This document shows positions 25,665-39,534 of a stretch of DNA of 64,000 nt, piece after piece. The stretch spans positions 24,614,001 through 24,678,000 of the forward strand of contig CM052845.1 of the NCBI GenBank assembly GCA_028534125.1, written 5' to 3'. The DNA comes from Lama glama (taxonomy: Eukaryota). The notes beneath the pieces are model-generated. The model saw only the letters and a list, made by a program, of their open reading frames with translations, was not told the origin of the DNA and made no database searches. Both the position numbers and the translations under genes were made by a program. Position 1 is the stretch's first letter. The number at the start of each line of letters is the position of its first letter.

Positions 25665-26925
25665 ATAAGACAAACATGCAGATCCATGGAATAAGACCAA
25701 AAGCCCAAAAATAAACCATTGAAAGTGATTTTCAACAAGGATGCCAAGACTATTCAATGGCCGAAGAACAGACTTTCAATTCGGGAGAATTAGATTTCCA
25801 CACGCAAAAAAGAAGTTGGATCCCTACCTCACACCATATGTAACAATTAATTCAAAATGGATTGTAGACCTAGGTGTAGGAGCTGCAGCCATAGAACTCT
25901 TAGAATAAAGCACAGGAGTTGTTCTTTGTGACCACAGATTCAGCAATGTTTTCTTAGATATGACACAAAAAGCACAAGTGATGAAAAACAAAAACAGGTA
26001 CACTGGACCTCATTAGAATTCGAAATTCTTGTCCTGCAAATATACCATCAAGAAACTCAAGAGACAATCCCTTGAGGTTTGTCTGGGAGGTTTGAATGGG
26101 GAAAAAATGTTTGCAAATAATAAACTGATAAGAAACTTGTAACCAGANNNNNNNNNNNNNNNNNNNNNNNNNNNNNNNNNNNNNNNNNNNNNNNNNNNNN
26201 NNNNNNNNNNNNNNNNNNNNNNNNNNNNNNNNNNNNNNNNNNNNNNNNNNNNNNNNNNNNNNNNNNNNNNNNNNNNNNNNNNNNNNNNNNCCACCAGGAA
26301 AAGGCAAGTTAAAACTATGGTCAGGTACCTCTTCACATTCACAGGACATCTACAGTAAAAGAGACAGATAATTACAAGTGTTGGCAAAGATGTAGAGAAA
26401 TAAGGACCCTCATATTTCTCTGGTGGGAGGCAAAATGGTGTGGCCACCATGCAAAACAGCCACAGGGTCCTCGGTAAGCCAGAGTTGCCACATGACCCAG
26501 CGATCGCTTCTAGTTTTTACCCAAGAGAACAGAAATCACACATCCACATGTACATTGTTCACAGCAGTGTTATCTAAAATAGCAAAGAAAAGAAAAAGAA
26601 ACAGCAGAGATGTTCATCAGTTGATGAACAGATCAATAAAATATGGTATATCCATGCAATGGAACATCACTTGGCAATAACAAAGCACTAACTGTCCTAA
26701 AACCCAGATGAACCTTGAAGCCCTGCTACATGAAAGAAGCCATATCGGAGGCCAGATATCATATAATTTTCACATAAAATGCCCCAAACAGGCTAAAGTG
26801 AGAGCTAGGAAGTAGGTTATTAGTTTCAGGGGCTGGGGCTGGGGGTGGGTAATGGGCGCAGGGTCCCTGCTGCAAGTGATACACACATTCTGGAATCAGA
26901 GCTGTGACGGCCGTCAGCTCTGTGG
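25665..26925 (+). mobile_element. Old L1 (L1M/L1MB-like), ORF2 3' part and 3' UTR, interrupted by an N gap
   Basis: gattttcaacaaggatgccaagactattcaatgg; gaagttggatccctacctcacaccatat; caagtgttggcaaagatgtagagaaa; atatggtatatccatgcaatggaa. The ORFs at 25954-26450 are antisense reads of decayed L1. Confidence 0.88.
26148..26290. other. Assembly gap (143 N)
   Basis: N run inside an L1. Confidence 0.99.
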
Positions 26926-27969
26926 GCGGGCGGGAATCCTGCTCACCTGGTGAACGCGCACCGTGGACGGGGCTCTGACCCCTGGGGGTTGCAGGTGAAC
27001 AACGAGGTCGGCAGAGGATGAACAACCCCCACGCTCCCCGCTGCACAGCATCTCTGTGAATCAGGGGTTGGAGGAGGTCATGCTGCATGTACACGTGGGA
27101 AACCGCAATAGGTATCCAGGACGAGGTGCTGATGCAAAATGAACAGTCCACTGACTCACTCCCTCACTCACGTACATGTCTCACATGGGATCCGGGGCAC
27201 CAAGACGGAAAAACATGCACGCATCATGTGAAGAAACACCACATGCCCACACTTCAGTGTGCTGCCACGTGGGCTCTCTCCGCTTAATTTTTTTAGCAGA
27301 TGACATTTCATTCAGCCAATTCCAGGGACACATGATGCCTGCAAGGTCACACATGCACAGGCCGGGGTACTAGTGCAGCAGGGAGGGGGATTTAGGCCCA
27401 GGTCAAAGCAAAGGAAAACCAACTTCCAGTCCAGAGGTAACACAGAATGTGCGCTTCGGGAAGATACACATTTTTACTTTCTTGATGGAAAATAGCAAAG
27501 CAACTGTTTTTATACCATACAGAGTCCATTTAGCCAAATTAGAGACCACACGAAAGGCAGAACAAAAAACCAGTAGAGAAATAAAGGTAATTAAACTCAC
27601 ATTATGCTTCAAAAATAACGTTTCTGTTAATAACTGCTGGCTTCATTCTATGTGCCACCCGTTTACTAGTGACTTTAATTCTGCTGGGTTGCTTTTCATT
27701 ATTTTTAACAGAAAAACCTTGAACAAAATGGAGGTGCATATGTCTTGACCTCCTCATCTACCCTCTCCTTCAGCCAACAAGACCAGAGAGTGTTCACCTC
27801 TCACAGCCCTTCGCTCTGAGGTACCTGGGACCCAGGCCCCGCGAGGCCCGGGCCACAGATGCAGGGCTGATGCTCAGCGTGCTGTGGGCCGCGGACGCAG
27901 GACCACCGACGGCGGGGCCGACTCGGGAGCCCTTCTCCTGAGAGGCTCAGAGCCCCTGGCACCCCCTCT

Positions 27970-28380
27970 GACCATGCTTGCTGAGTGCCTGTTCCGTGCC
28001 AGGCACTCCTCCATGTGCTGGACAGAAAAGTGAACCAAGCTGACCAAACGCCCCGTCCCGCGCAGCTGATGCTCTTCTGCAGGACACAGAACAGAACAAA
28101 CGTGTTCACTTTCTTGTGCAAAGAAAAGAGGAGAAAAGAGATCTAAGTGGGGGACCTCCAACACACTGTAGAACGGGTCCAAGGGTGATACACGCGGCGA
28201 AAAGTGAAGTCGGGGAGACGGCAGCAGGAGGCAGGCAGGGGCCAGGGGACCCGCGGGAACTGGAAGCCGCGTGGTGTCCTTAGAGAGCTGTGGACCCTTT
28301 GAGCCTAAGGGCCATCTGTGGACTTCGGTTTCTCCAGCGAGTGAGACAGAGCCACGGCAGTGTATCTGGAGAAGCATTAA
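27970..28380 (-). mobile_element. LINE2 fragment
   Basis: ctgagtgcctgttccgtgccaggcact...gtgctggacagaaaagtgaaccaag is the reverse complement of the L2 3' end. Further L2-like sequence follows (gtggacttcggtttctccagcgagtgaga). Confidence 0.6.
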
Positions 28381-31300
28381 GCTTGTCAGTGTTGGAAGGG
28401 TCCCTGGGGGCCGCGCGTGGGTTGGGAGCTAAGGAGGGTTAAACAGGAAGCTGGGAAGGCAGGCAGGAGGGCATCACAGGGACCGGGTGATCAGGACAGG
28501 AGCTGGGCCTGAACACCCAGGGAAGGCAGGTGGCCCTCGGACGCTGGGAGTGGCCTGAAATCAGGCCACCAGGGCCCATCTGTGTGTTTTCCTCCGACCT
28601 CACTGGCGGAAGCCCTGCCACGTCTCTGCATTGCAGCTGCATTTTCTAATGCACCCCGTCAACCGCCGTAACGAGGACGCGGAGATGCCGTCCGTGCGTC
28701 GTCCCCCCCGAGCTCTCTGGGGTGGAGAGGGCTCTGCCTTGTCTCCTCAGGCCTGACCGGGGGGACTTCACGTGGAAAGTGCCCCATCCACGTGGCTGTT
28801 CAAGGCGGAGCGGCCCTGGCGGCTGCCTCCTGCCACTTCCCATGTACACCTCGGGGTCAAACTAGCCCCAGGCTGCTGCTTCCCTGCAGGTTCACTTTCA
28901 TGAAGTAAAAATCATAAGCAATCTGACGGAGATTCAAGGTCAGAAATTAAATCCTGTGCCGCCTCTGAGTCGTAAAGAGCATCTCCTAAAAACTCTACGG
29001 GACCCTGCCCGCATGGGCCCGCTTTGTGCAGGAAGTCGTGTTGGCTTCCACCCGCCCGGGTCACGTCCACGCAGATGCCACATTCCACGCAGGCCCGCTG
29101 TGGGAGGCGGCGGCTCGTGTCCACAGCCTTGGATCAGACCCGACGGTAGGCAGTGTCCCCGTGGATGAGACAGAGCTCATCCATGGGGCGACGCCCACCT
29201 GGGAAACACTGGGCGCCCGCACCTTGCTGGCACAGGGAAGCCAAGGGCTGTCTCATGGCGTCCAGTGTGAGGACACCGGCCCAGAGCCCCTCCCTGACTG
29301 GCCAGGGTCCCCGAGCTTCACAAGCAGGTGGACGGCTCCATCTAGGGGACATGCATCCTAGCTGACGCCTCTCGGGAGCTCTCGGGTCCCATCGCAGACC
29401 AGGGGACAGTGGTCACCCCTGGAACGGGCTGAGAGTCTTCCTCACTTGTCAGAGGCCAGTGGCACCTGCAGCACGAGGTGGAGGGCCCGTCACCTCAGGG
29501 CCAGGACGACAGGCAGAGGACAAGAGGAAAGCCACTTCCCGGCACCACCCGCCGCCAGCCCTTCCGTCACTGGGCGCTTCCCAACAACGCCGCCTGTCCG
29601 CTGGCCTCAGGGCACGAGCTCCATTTAGGCCACGGCTCCAAACTCAAAAGCAAAGCCAGAAGGGCTGGAAGCTCATCCCCCTTTGTCCACAGGATTAGCA
29701 GGGACTCATCTCTGTGTCAACATCCTCATCACCATCACTCTGGCTTCCGGGTCCACCGCAGACAAAACGTGGCACTTCCTACAGAAGGAGAGCCTCTCAG
29801 CTGACAGTAGCAAGACGTGACATGGCAACGTGCGAGGAAACGGTCCAGGAACTACAGGGGACGCTGGGGGTGGGGGCAGCCGGGCCCGGCACATACCCCA
29901 GCACCTCCAGGGCCCCGAGGCAGGGTCGTCCACCCCCGAGACGCAGGGCCGTACGCACATGAGAAGAAAGGCTGGCATCACGGCACCAAGGAAAAGACCC
30001 CGCGTGTAGGACAGCCGTCAGCGCCAGGCACGCGTGCAGGGCTGCGGCCAGAGTGGGACTGGAGAGCCGGCTGGACGTGGAGGGACAGGGCAGGGCACGC
30101 AGGTGCTAACCCTAACCCTCGGGACGCACGGGCCGCGAGCCCCGACAGCTTCAGCCCCGACACTAACGACGCCGCAGGGCCTGCCCCGGGGTCTCCAGAA
30201 CGAAGGGAGCCGAGGCGGCTTTGGTGTGACGAGCGTCAGGCCAGGACCAAAGAGCCTTCCTCCCTCAGAAAAACCCAGGAAAACCGGCGCAAATACGGAC
30301 CCTGCTTTATTTTCCCAAATTGAAACGGTCCTACAGTGACGCTTCGTGTGTAAATTCTGCTTTAAATGAACCCCATCAAGGGTCCAGGACAGATTCGACC
30401 CCTAAAGAAATCAGGGGAGGGTCCTGTACCTGCCCCAGATCCCAGGAAAATGCAAAGGGCTCCGACGCCCCTAACGCGAGGCAAGGGGCAGAGGTCTGGG
30501 GGCTCGCGCACCCGCCCCGGAGTACAGCCGGGTCACAGGGGCCGCTCCGGGGTGAGGACCGCCCTGGCCAGAAAGGCCTGTCCTGGCGGCGGCGATGAAG
30601 GAGGTCCTGGTCGGGAGGCCGGGAGCAGCTCCCCTGGATTCACGTGGTTTGGTTCCGGCCCTGCCCGCCGCCCCGCGTTTCCACAGGGGCCGCCTCGAGC
30701 CCCAGCCAGAGCGAGACCTGCCGTGAGTCTTTCCACAGGGCTGAAACGGGATTTCTGGAAAATCACAGGCGATGATTCATCTTAAGCTCTTTCCACCCGG
30801 TCAGGCCCCTGGCACACGGTGGGTGTGACTCGGAGACGCACGAACACATGTCGCTCAGACGGATGGAGACCCCGAGAAACTCGCAGGCAAGGGACACACA
30901 GGACATGGAGCCTCCGGCCCTCCTTACAAAACAGTTTGATTTTCTGACTGAGAAACAACTGCGTTTCCAGCGAACAAACATAGGGTTACAACCTCCCACC
31001 CGCACAGTCGTTTCGACCCTGCCTGTTGTCAGACTGGGCTGGAGTTCTACTGTTTCCCCAAAAGCCCTGATTTCATGCAGAAACAGGCGCCACGGGGAAG
31101 AGACCTGCGAAGTGAGACCACTGACCAGAAGGGGCTCTTCGTTTACGAAGTCAGCCAGCTCGCAGCGTTACTTCTAGAGCACGACTGCGAACTTCTCCTA
31201 TTTATTTATCTCCCTAAACGTCATTTAGAGTTACCTCGTTCCGCCGCTCGGTGTCCAATTTGGTGTCCAGCAGAGGCTCCTCCAGGGATGTGAGAATCAC

Positions 31301-31749
31301 AGTTCCGTGGGAGGCCGCAGCGTTGCCCCGTTTCCTTCCTTCGGCTGCAGGGCCGTCCTTCCTGGTGTCCGGCGCTCCCTGGCACGCACGAGACCTCACC
31401 CCAGGGCCCTGGGGTCGTCCTCAAATAGAGCCCCCAGGACAAGCCCAGAAGCCCAAGAGGGAAGAGCTCCCCGCGGTCACCCTGGTAGGCGCGACGCCCC
31501 CACGGAGCACCGGCGGAGGGCTGCCCGGGAGCGCGGACGCGCCCCTCCTGTAGCTGGAGGACGGAGCCCCTGCCCTCCCCGCATGGGGGCACACACACGG
31601 CCACCCGATGCAACACGCTCACAGCTCCTATGCTCAGGGTCCACGCTGGGCTCCTCCACCCTGGGTCAGCCCACCTGGTTACGCTCATTGGAAACCCACC
31701 AGCTTCTGCCTGCGAGTCGTCAGCTGAGACCCGGGGCTCTTGGCTGTTG

Positions 31750-31905
31750 TCACCACCCGGTGGGCATCGCCTGGGAACTCACCAGCGATGCAACCGCTGG
31801 GCCTCCCAGACCAGAAACTCAGGTTTGGGGGGGGCATCTGAGTGACAGCAGGAACTCCCGGGAGCCTGAGGCAGCAGGGAGACAGCAGCTTGGACACTCC
31901 AGTGG
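31750..31905. mobile_element. MER5A-like DNA transposon fragment
   Basis: gcatcgcctgggaactc...gatgcaaccgctgggcctcccagaccagaaactc resembles MER5A. Confidence 0.5.
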
Positions 31906-32490
31906 CCTCAGGAGGTTCCAGAGCCAGGCCTGTGTGTTCTCTTTGGTTAAACTTCTGGGACAACAGCTCTCCGGGGACCAGCTGCGCCTCACTAAGGAAC
32001 TGCAGGCACCGAAAATACCTCTAAACACTATTTTTTTGAAGTGTGCTGAGGTGCACCCACCAAGGGGCCCTTTGAGAGTAACGCACCCATGACCCCCGCG
32101 ACGCTTACCAGACACACCTTGTCTCCCCGGGGACGCTGGGGCAAACGCCACCTCCCCTTCGATCCACACCAGACAGGCCTCTGCTGGGCTCTGGGGGACA
32201 GGGCCCCAGACAGCCCGACAGCCCGACAGCCCGGCGAGAGTGGGGAAATGCTGGGCCCCAGGGGTGGGGCGGCTTGTTCCACAGAAGGGTTTGAAACAAG
32301 AGGTGTAGTTTGAATTAGACAAAAGACTGGAGACGCTGCCGTGTAAGAACAATACCTAGAAAGGGGACAGCACAGGGCAGTCGGCGAGGGAGGGACCCAG
32401 AGCTCCACATCAGGACCCGGTGCCCAGGGAGGCGGGAGCCCCAGGCTCACAGCGCATCCTCCACACCGTCACAGATGGGAGTCCACCCAC

Positions 32491-32605
32491 CCAGCTGCCC
32501 AGCAGAGACACCGCCATGGGGCAGCCCTGTCCATGTGACGTCCAGCCAGCTGCCCAGCAGACACCGCCGTGGGGCAGCCCTGTCCATGTGACGTCCAGCC
32601 AGCTG
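32491..32605. repeat. Tandem duplication of a 53-55 bp unit (two copies plus a partial third)
   Basis: ccagctgcccagcag(ag)acaccgcc(a/g)tggggcagccctgtccatgtgacgtccag at 32491-32545 and 32546-32598. Confidence 0.92.
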
Positions 32606-35034
32606 GACCACACAGACCGTCAGAGCCCCCGACACACACGTCTTCAGGAACCTCCAGAAGCTCCTCTGCGCATCGGGGACTGGGGCGAGGGCACTGACTG
32701 CAGGGTGACCGCAGGGGCCAGGGGAAGGAGCGTCCAGTACCAGGGCACCGTCTTCAAGGGGTAATCAGAGCAAATAATTGCCCTCCATGATTTTCTGAGG
32801 GCACTTAAAACTTTGAGCAAATGATTGCATCTTATTTTCTTGCACATTTTATTTTCTTTGCCTCATCCTAGTCACAGCATGACCTTCTGGCTAACGTCAC
32901 TGCCTCCAGCACGTCCCTTTCAACACCCCCCCCAAGCCAAAGTGACCTCTCTGGAACACGGCCCCTTCCTCCTGAACATGTTTAACAAGCACCAGGAACC
33001 CTGGTCTCTACTAATCTGCCAGGCCCGCGTCCACACCCTCCTCAGGTGTGCGCGGGGGCAGAACCACTGGGCGTCTCCAGCTGTCCCTCTACAGAGGAGG
33101 CCAGAGCTCCAGCCCCCGCCGCTGCTTTCCTGATTAATTACGGCTGCCCCTCTGACCACACGCAGGTCACCCCTGAACACGCCTGTCCGGTCCGAGGCCC
33201 AGAGGTGGGGTCCCAGAGCCCCGGACACCGGGCTGCACGGCGCAGTGCACCTGGGCGGTCTGCTGGTCGACCTGCAGGTGGGCCTGGCATCCAGCTCCGT
33301 GTCGGTCAGTCCCCCTCACAAAGCCATGAATGTGTGGGGTCGGCAGTGGGAGAGTATGTGTGACTCACCAGCTCAGCCCTGGTTCCCAGCCTCACCTGAA
33401 GGATTGCAGGGCCTCAGCCGAGTCCTGGCTCTTCATGCGTCTGCCTCCCTCCTCCCCTAACATGGACAGGAGTGGCCCAGCCCACGGGACACCGCGAGAA
33501 GCCGGTCGTCTGAGGACCCCACTCCTCACTTCAGGTGCCAGCGCTCCACCAGCCACCTGGGGGCTCAGAGGGGAGCCAGTGCTCGAGGGCAGCGCAGGTG
33601 TGGATGGGGCGCCCACAGGTACGCTCCCTGCCCCGCCTCTTTGATGGGTGAAGTCTCTGAACTCCTGGGGCAGCAGCATCGCCCCACTGCCGGTGCCTCC
33701 GGTGCCCGCCACCCAGCAGCCGTGTCTCAGCCCAGCCACAAGGACAGCGCACAGCAGTAGGGACAGAACATGCGACGGTGGATCAAGGCCTCGTGATGTT
33801 TTATTTGCCCTAAAAAGCCCATTTCAAAATACAAGGCTGTGAGCAGTACCTCTGCTCATTTGCAAACCCAGCCATCCCAGTGTTGCTCCTTAGACCTCCA
33901 GCACTGGTGACAAGGGGGCTCCCCACAAGCACAGGACACGTCTCCTTTCTGCAGGGACAAGCCTCTCTCCCCTCAGGAGTGATCTGTGGGCCCAACAGAA
34001 GCCGAAACGGCTTCACCTGAAGAGGAACCGGCTAGAATACTCAGAAGTGTTCCTTCTCCCCAGTGCCCTCCATCTGACTTCTAGAACTTGGTGAAACCCT
34101 GCACACAGGGCCCTGGGGAGGAAGGCATATCAGAAAACGTCTGAATCAACAAAGCAAAAGAGCCCTGAGAGTCTGCCCTCTCTCAGCTCTCCTAATGGCA
34201 CAGCCGTGTCAGCACACTGAGGTCACCCTCACCTGGTTTGAGTGGAATTCCAGGTCAGGTGCTGCCATCCAGCCCTGCGCGCGGGCGCCTCCATACCAGG
34301 ACCTGAGCCCGCGGCCCGCTGCTCCCTCCGCAGGACAACAGGGGAAGCCCAGGGCGCCCTCCCCGCCCAGCCTCTCCGAGGCCACCCCACCACTGTTTCC
34401 AGCAAATGAGCCAAAAATAGAGCTCGTCTGTGCTGACCCAGGAGAGATCCGTGAAGCCAGCCAAACAGCCTGGAGGCGGAGGTCTTTTCAGAAATGCAGG
34501 CACTCTTACAAATGTTATTTAAATCACACGCTGGACAGGGAGACTTTAAAATCGTCCCTCATCAGCACAAAGTCACGGATTCCAAGTCGACGGGCAGACT
34601 TGCTTGTTAGGGCTGAGGGTCCAGATTTGGAAGCAGCCCCCAGTCAGACAAACGTGGCCGCTGGTGGGTTTGTTCCTGGTTGTAATTGGCTACCTTAAAA
34701 GAATTTTTTTAATGTAGTGGAGAAATCTTCTAAGGTTCCCAAATCACACGGGAAAGGAGAAACCAGGCAGGTGGCGGCTCAGAGCGGGTCTCCAGGTAGC
34801 TGGAACGGCACCGCTGGTGTGCGGTGTCGGCCGGGGCTCCAGGTCCTCGCACCAAAAGCAAACAGAGAGTCCATGAGCCTTTTGATCTGGTGTCGAAATT
34901 CCATGTTTAAAGAACTGGTCTCTGGCTAGGACCGTGGTGAAACCGAAACACACGTGAGAGGCTGACGAGTGTGTGTTTCAGCCTCCCGGGCAGGTTTCAG
35001 GAACTGTTTAAAGAGGACAGGAATCCGAGGGGCG

Positions 35035-35340
35035 GGGGCTGGGGAGACGCTGGCGTAAGAGCACAGGCGTCCACACGAGACAATGCGCCAGAGTGACCTG
35101 CAGCACCGGGACCACGGTTAGCAGTGCTGCGTTGTAGTCTTGGAGTTGCTGAGGGAGCAGACCTGAGATGTTCTCAGCACAAAAAGGGTGACGCTGTGCG
35201 GTGGAGGGTGTGCTGATCGACCTGACTGCACGCTCACTTTGCAGCGAGCATGCGTATCATCCCATTGCGCCACACACCCCAAACCTGCACGTTGCTACGT
35301 GTCAACTACATACCGATAAAGTTGGGGAAAATAAAACAAA
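35035..35340 (+). mobile_element. L1MA9-lineage L1 3' UTR, strongly GC-shifted
   Basis: gttgctgagggagcagacctgagatgttctcagcacaaaaa...ctacgtgtcaactacataccgataaagttggggaaaataaaa follows the layout of the L1MA-type 3' end. Confidence 0.75.
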
Positions 35341-36758
35341 AAGTAAGAAGGAAGGACACGTTTCAGTAGCAGCGATGGGAGAAGAAAACCCAAGCAAGGG
35401 GTGAACGCGCCCGTTCCGGGGGGCGCGGAGAGCAGGGGCTCCAGGACATGGGGTCGCGGGCTTGAGACAATTCCGCGTGTGTGCTGACCAGCCCTAAGCC
35501 TGGCCCTGGAGCAGGGAGGCCCCCTGGTGTCGGCCACGCTGTGTCCAGACTATCTAGGAAAGCCAGCCTCAGACGTCTGAGGTTCTGACCCTTCCATCCA
35601 CGCAGCGGCACTCCCAGGAGCGGAGTCAAGGGGCACGGGCAGGGAGGAGATCACACGCGCAGCCAAGTCCGACGCACTGTGGCTCAGACGTGTGTTTGGG
35701 ACTGGATGTCACGGCTGAAAAAGAGAGATTTGCAGGGAATCTCCAGACAATCTGTTGTGCTGCCAAAGAAAGTTTAAATTAAGAAGAAGAAGAAACCGCA
35801 TTTCTTGTCCTTCACGTGAAATGAACAGCTCAGGAAACTGACTCAGGCGGGTAATAGAAGAAATGTAGGCTGAGTGGTGGCCGGAGCTTTGGAGAAAAGA
35901 ATGAAAAATTACACTTTGCCGAGAGCCTTCAGGGCTTCAGTCTGCAGAATCTGGTATTTCTAGGCTTCACAGAAACCCTGAAGCTAAAATCTACATTCTT
36001 TTTAAATACACATGGTCATAAAATTCTGTTATGTGTTTGACGGTGATTCAGTACCCACTCTCAGTCTGAATACCAAAGGGTCCCCGAGGCAAGGATATTT
36101 AGGGAGAGAAGACATATTCCACGGAAAAGTCCCGACTAAGTCCTGGCGGGGGAGACCATGCAGACGCAGGGCCAAGTGCAGGCGTGTCAGAGGCGCGAGA
36201 CCCAAGAAGCCGTGAAAGGCTCCTCCCTGACGAGGCAGTGGGCACGAGGCAGAGGCTGCACTGGGACCACACGTGCTCCCGGCGAGCCACCTGCCGCCAC
36301 AGACCAGCGTCCCCTCCTCCGGCACAACCGCGGATCCAGAGACTCCCGGGAGAACACAGAGAGCAGACGCTCAGGGGAGCTGGAAATTAGCAGCTAAAAC
36401 CCGAGCATCTCCGTACCGTGTCCCGGAAGCCAGCCTGCAGGGACCCCTCGGAAGTAGAACTGAGACCCGCGCGCTAGCACCTGTGTCTGTTCCAGCCGGA
36501 AGCAAGCCTGCCACCCCCGACCAACCTGCAGCCTCTGGCAGAAGAGCGGAGGGCAGCCTCCCCAGCACGAGACGCGTACGACCAGGGAGCCGGACCTCTT
36601 CCCTCAGAGGCGGTTTGTCCGGCTGTCTGCTGGCTGGACTGCCAGGGTGAGCACAAGAGACGCTGCAGAGTGGGCGGCGGGGATGAACCGACCGCCAGGG
36701 TGTCTGGCGGGTTTTCGGGCAGCGGTGTGGGGCCACTGAGGGGCTGAGCTTTTAGCTC

Positions 36759-36964
36759 TTTTTTCACTGAGTTATGGTTAACACACAAAGTTACGTTCGT
36801 TGCAGGTGCAGCACACAGCGATTTGATATTTTCACACATGATGAAATGGACACCGGGAGGCGCCAGGCACCACCTGTCACCCACAAAGTTGCCACAGCAC
36901 CACTGACCATATTCCCTGTGTGTGTGTCACATCGCCGGGACCTTCCGGTTTTGCAGCTGGAAGC
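36759..36964 (-). mobile_element. L1 3' end (laurasiatherian L1MA-derived), GC-shifted
   Basis: ttttttcactgagttatggttaacacacaa...gcaggtgcagcacacagcgatttgatatttt...caccacctgtcacccacaaagttg...actgaccatattccctg. Confidence 0.7.
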
Positions 36965-39534
36965 TGACAATCAAACGAACAGAAACACTCACTGACACAG
37001 AGGGGGCTGCGGGGCTGGGGGAGGCAGGACAGAGGAAACAGGTCAGGACGTGGGCCCTGCAGGAGTGGGGGGTGGAGTGAGGGCATGCCTCCCGCAAGAC
37101 TCCTGCTGGTTGGCAGAGCGAGGCCACGCCCCAGGCCTTCGGGGAAGCACAGCCCTGAGGCCACAGAAGCCACCCGCCAGGGGGCCCTGCCACCCAGCAC
37201 AGCCAACCTCCAGCGCCAGCAGCGGAGCAGGGAGAAGGCAGGACTTGGAACAGCTGGAAACGTCCAAGGAGGTGAGTAAAAGACAGGGCTGCTGGAGGCA
37301 GAAAAAGCCTGGAACTTGAAACAGATTCTACCAGGAATTTGCTCATGATTTTAAACTTCCTCGTTTGGGCACATGAATCCGACGACGAGAAGACTCCCTA
37401 ACACAGTGCTGACAGCCCGACGGCGGGAAGGCCCTCTGCTCCCCGCGGCTGTCCTCCAGGTCGAACGGTCTGCGCGACCCTCACTGTGCTCGGATGAGCC
37501 GCTTTCTCTCTCTCTCGGCACCTGGGAGAGTTGTAGTTGTAATTTTTCCTTCAAGTAAGAAACTATAATTGACGCATTTACGACCAGGCGGCAGCGGGGA
37601 AAGCACATGCACTGAGGCACTAAAACCCCTCCCTGGGGCTTAGTCCACATCTCCGTTAGCCGAGGGAACTGGAAGCCCCCCCAGAAGACGTGTGACTGGG
37701 AGGCCGCACCCCATCGGGTCTGCTGCGCTCAGCCGGGGCGTCCTGGGCCAGAGGCTCCAGCAGGCAAAACCCCGCCAGCCACGCCTGCCGAGCATCCTCC
37801 CAGCGCCCTTGTCATCCCACCAAGAGCTCGTCTGAGAAAGTGTCCAGGTGCCCAGATACGCAGGGGCTCATGCCAGGGTTCGGGGTCAAGGGGATAAACT
37901 TAGTGACTGACCCACATGGTTCCTGTCAACAGTGAACATGCCTTCCTCGTTCACACGCCTGGGGAGGCACCAAATCAAAAGACCAAACAGCATTATCTTA
38001 ACACACCTCCCCCTTGACAGACTGCCGATTTTCAGGAAAATTAACCTGGCAATTCTGCCACCGTAGGATGTCTTGTTCTCAGATACACACTGGACTTTAT
38101 TAGACTTTCATTTTACGAATCATCATTAAAAATCCTGTACAAATTTAACTGGTTGCTCTCCTTTGACACATAATGATTTCTCTCTGCAAAGTTTTCTCTG
38201 CATGAATCGCCGTGACTCGTCCCACAGCTGGTGAATGACAGGAAAGGGAGCGTTTCTGAGACTCCAAGCCACCGCACGCAGTATTTTATTCAGTCCTGAC
38301 GGTGCTCTGGCCCCTGTGTCTTAGCAATGGGAAACCAGGCTCTGGAAGGCTACATGACTTGCCTGCACGGTGTCAGGTCAGAGGTGAGGGCCCTGTGTGG
38401 TTCGGACGCTGGTGCGTCCCCCACACCAGTAACAAGCCCTGCATCACAAAGTCCTGCAGGGCACATGGTCCTAAGTCAGGGAGCGGACAGCCCAGCCAGG
38501 CCCGACTCCTCTCTTGAACCAGTTCCAGAGACGCCTCCCGCTGGTCAGAACGAGCCCTGCATGCGGCCACGCTGAGCCGAGCACGAGGAGGCCCTGGCCC
38601 GCTCCAGGGGAAATACCGAGGCACTGCGGACAGTGAAGCTTTCTGAAGTATTTGCTTTTACTTTCCTCGCAAGGTGTGTTTGGAAGTGTGTCTGAGACAC
38701 GTGGCATCTGTTCTGATTAAGCCGCACATTCAGATAAACACACGGGCAGCGCTAAAGAGGCAGGGTCCGCGGGCAGGGTTGCCTCTCCCGCCAAGATGAC
38801 AGCAGTGACCGCTCTGGACACGGCACAGCCAGCCCTCCGCTCCCCCGCCTCCTCAATGGCCGGTGAAGACTCTGGGACGCTTGTTTAGGTGCTTTCATTG
38901 ACTCTTTCATCAATCACAGGATATGCTGGACCCAAACGCTAAATACCTAGAAATATAAAATCTGAGGCAGTAGTGGTGGTTTTGCATCTGAACCCACCTT
39001 CCCTGCACTTAGGAGAGAAGCCCCATCCTGACCGACGACTTCCTCCACTCTTGTCCCTGGAGCGGTGGCAGGTTGTGGCGAAGTGCTGTCCTCGCTGGCT
39101 GTCCCGGTCCTTCCCGAGAACAGTCGCTGCCGGCGAGGTGCCAGCCCACGGCCGGCGGCTTGGTCTGTGGCCAGGGACTCGGGCCATGTTCACACGGACC
39201 CACGCCCGAGCCCTCAGAGAGGAGGCCGCCACCACACGCCAGCCCCCGGGGATGAGAGCGTCCCCCAGAGCCGGCAGTGCTGTTGACAGTGACAGGGGGT
39301 GAGGCGAGCGCTGGGCCGCCACAGACGGGGCAGTTTGGGCAGAGCTGGGAGTCTGCTGCTGCGCCCCCGGGACACGGGGACCAGAAGGCTGGCTCGTCTG
39401 CGCCATTAACCACAGGGCCAAGCTGGGTGGGACCCACCTGTGTGCCGACAGCTCCTCCCAGCGGCTGACACAGCACGCATTTAATACCCGTTCACTGAGT
39501 GCCGCACCAGAAGGGAATGGAAACCGACAGTTAA

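Noticed and set aside
29134-29210. Minus-strand tttcccag|GTGGG acceptor giving GGRRPMDELCLIHGDTAYRRV*
   Set aside because: The polypyrimidine tract is weak and there is no homology. Such sites are common by chance.
30106-30119. (TAACCC)x2 telomere-like motif
   Set aside because: Only two units, too short to call an interstitial telomeric repeat.
32491-32605. Direct repeats here and at 10295-10432 and 42072-42245 considered as CRISPR-like arrays
   Set aside because: There are no unique spacers, the context is eukaryotic, and there are no cas genes.
33726-33750. Partial or odd-spacer RE1-like matches (also near 40910 and 41848)
   Set aside because: The left half-site is degenerate and the spacing is non-canonical.
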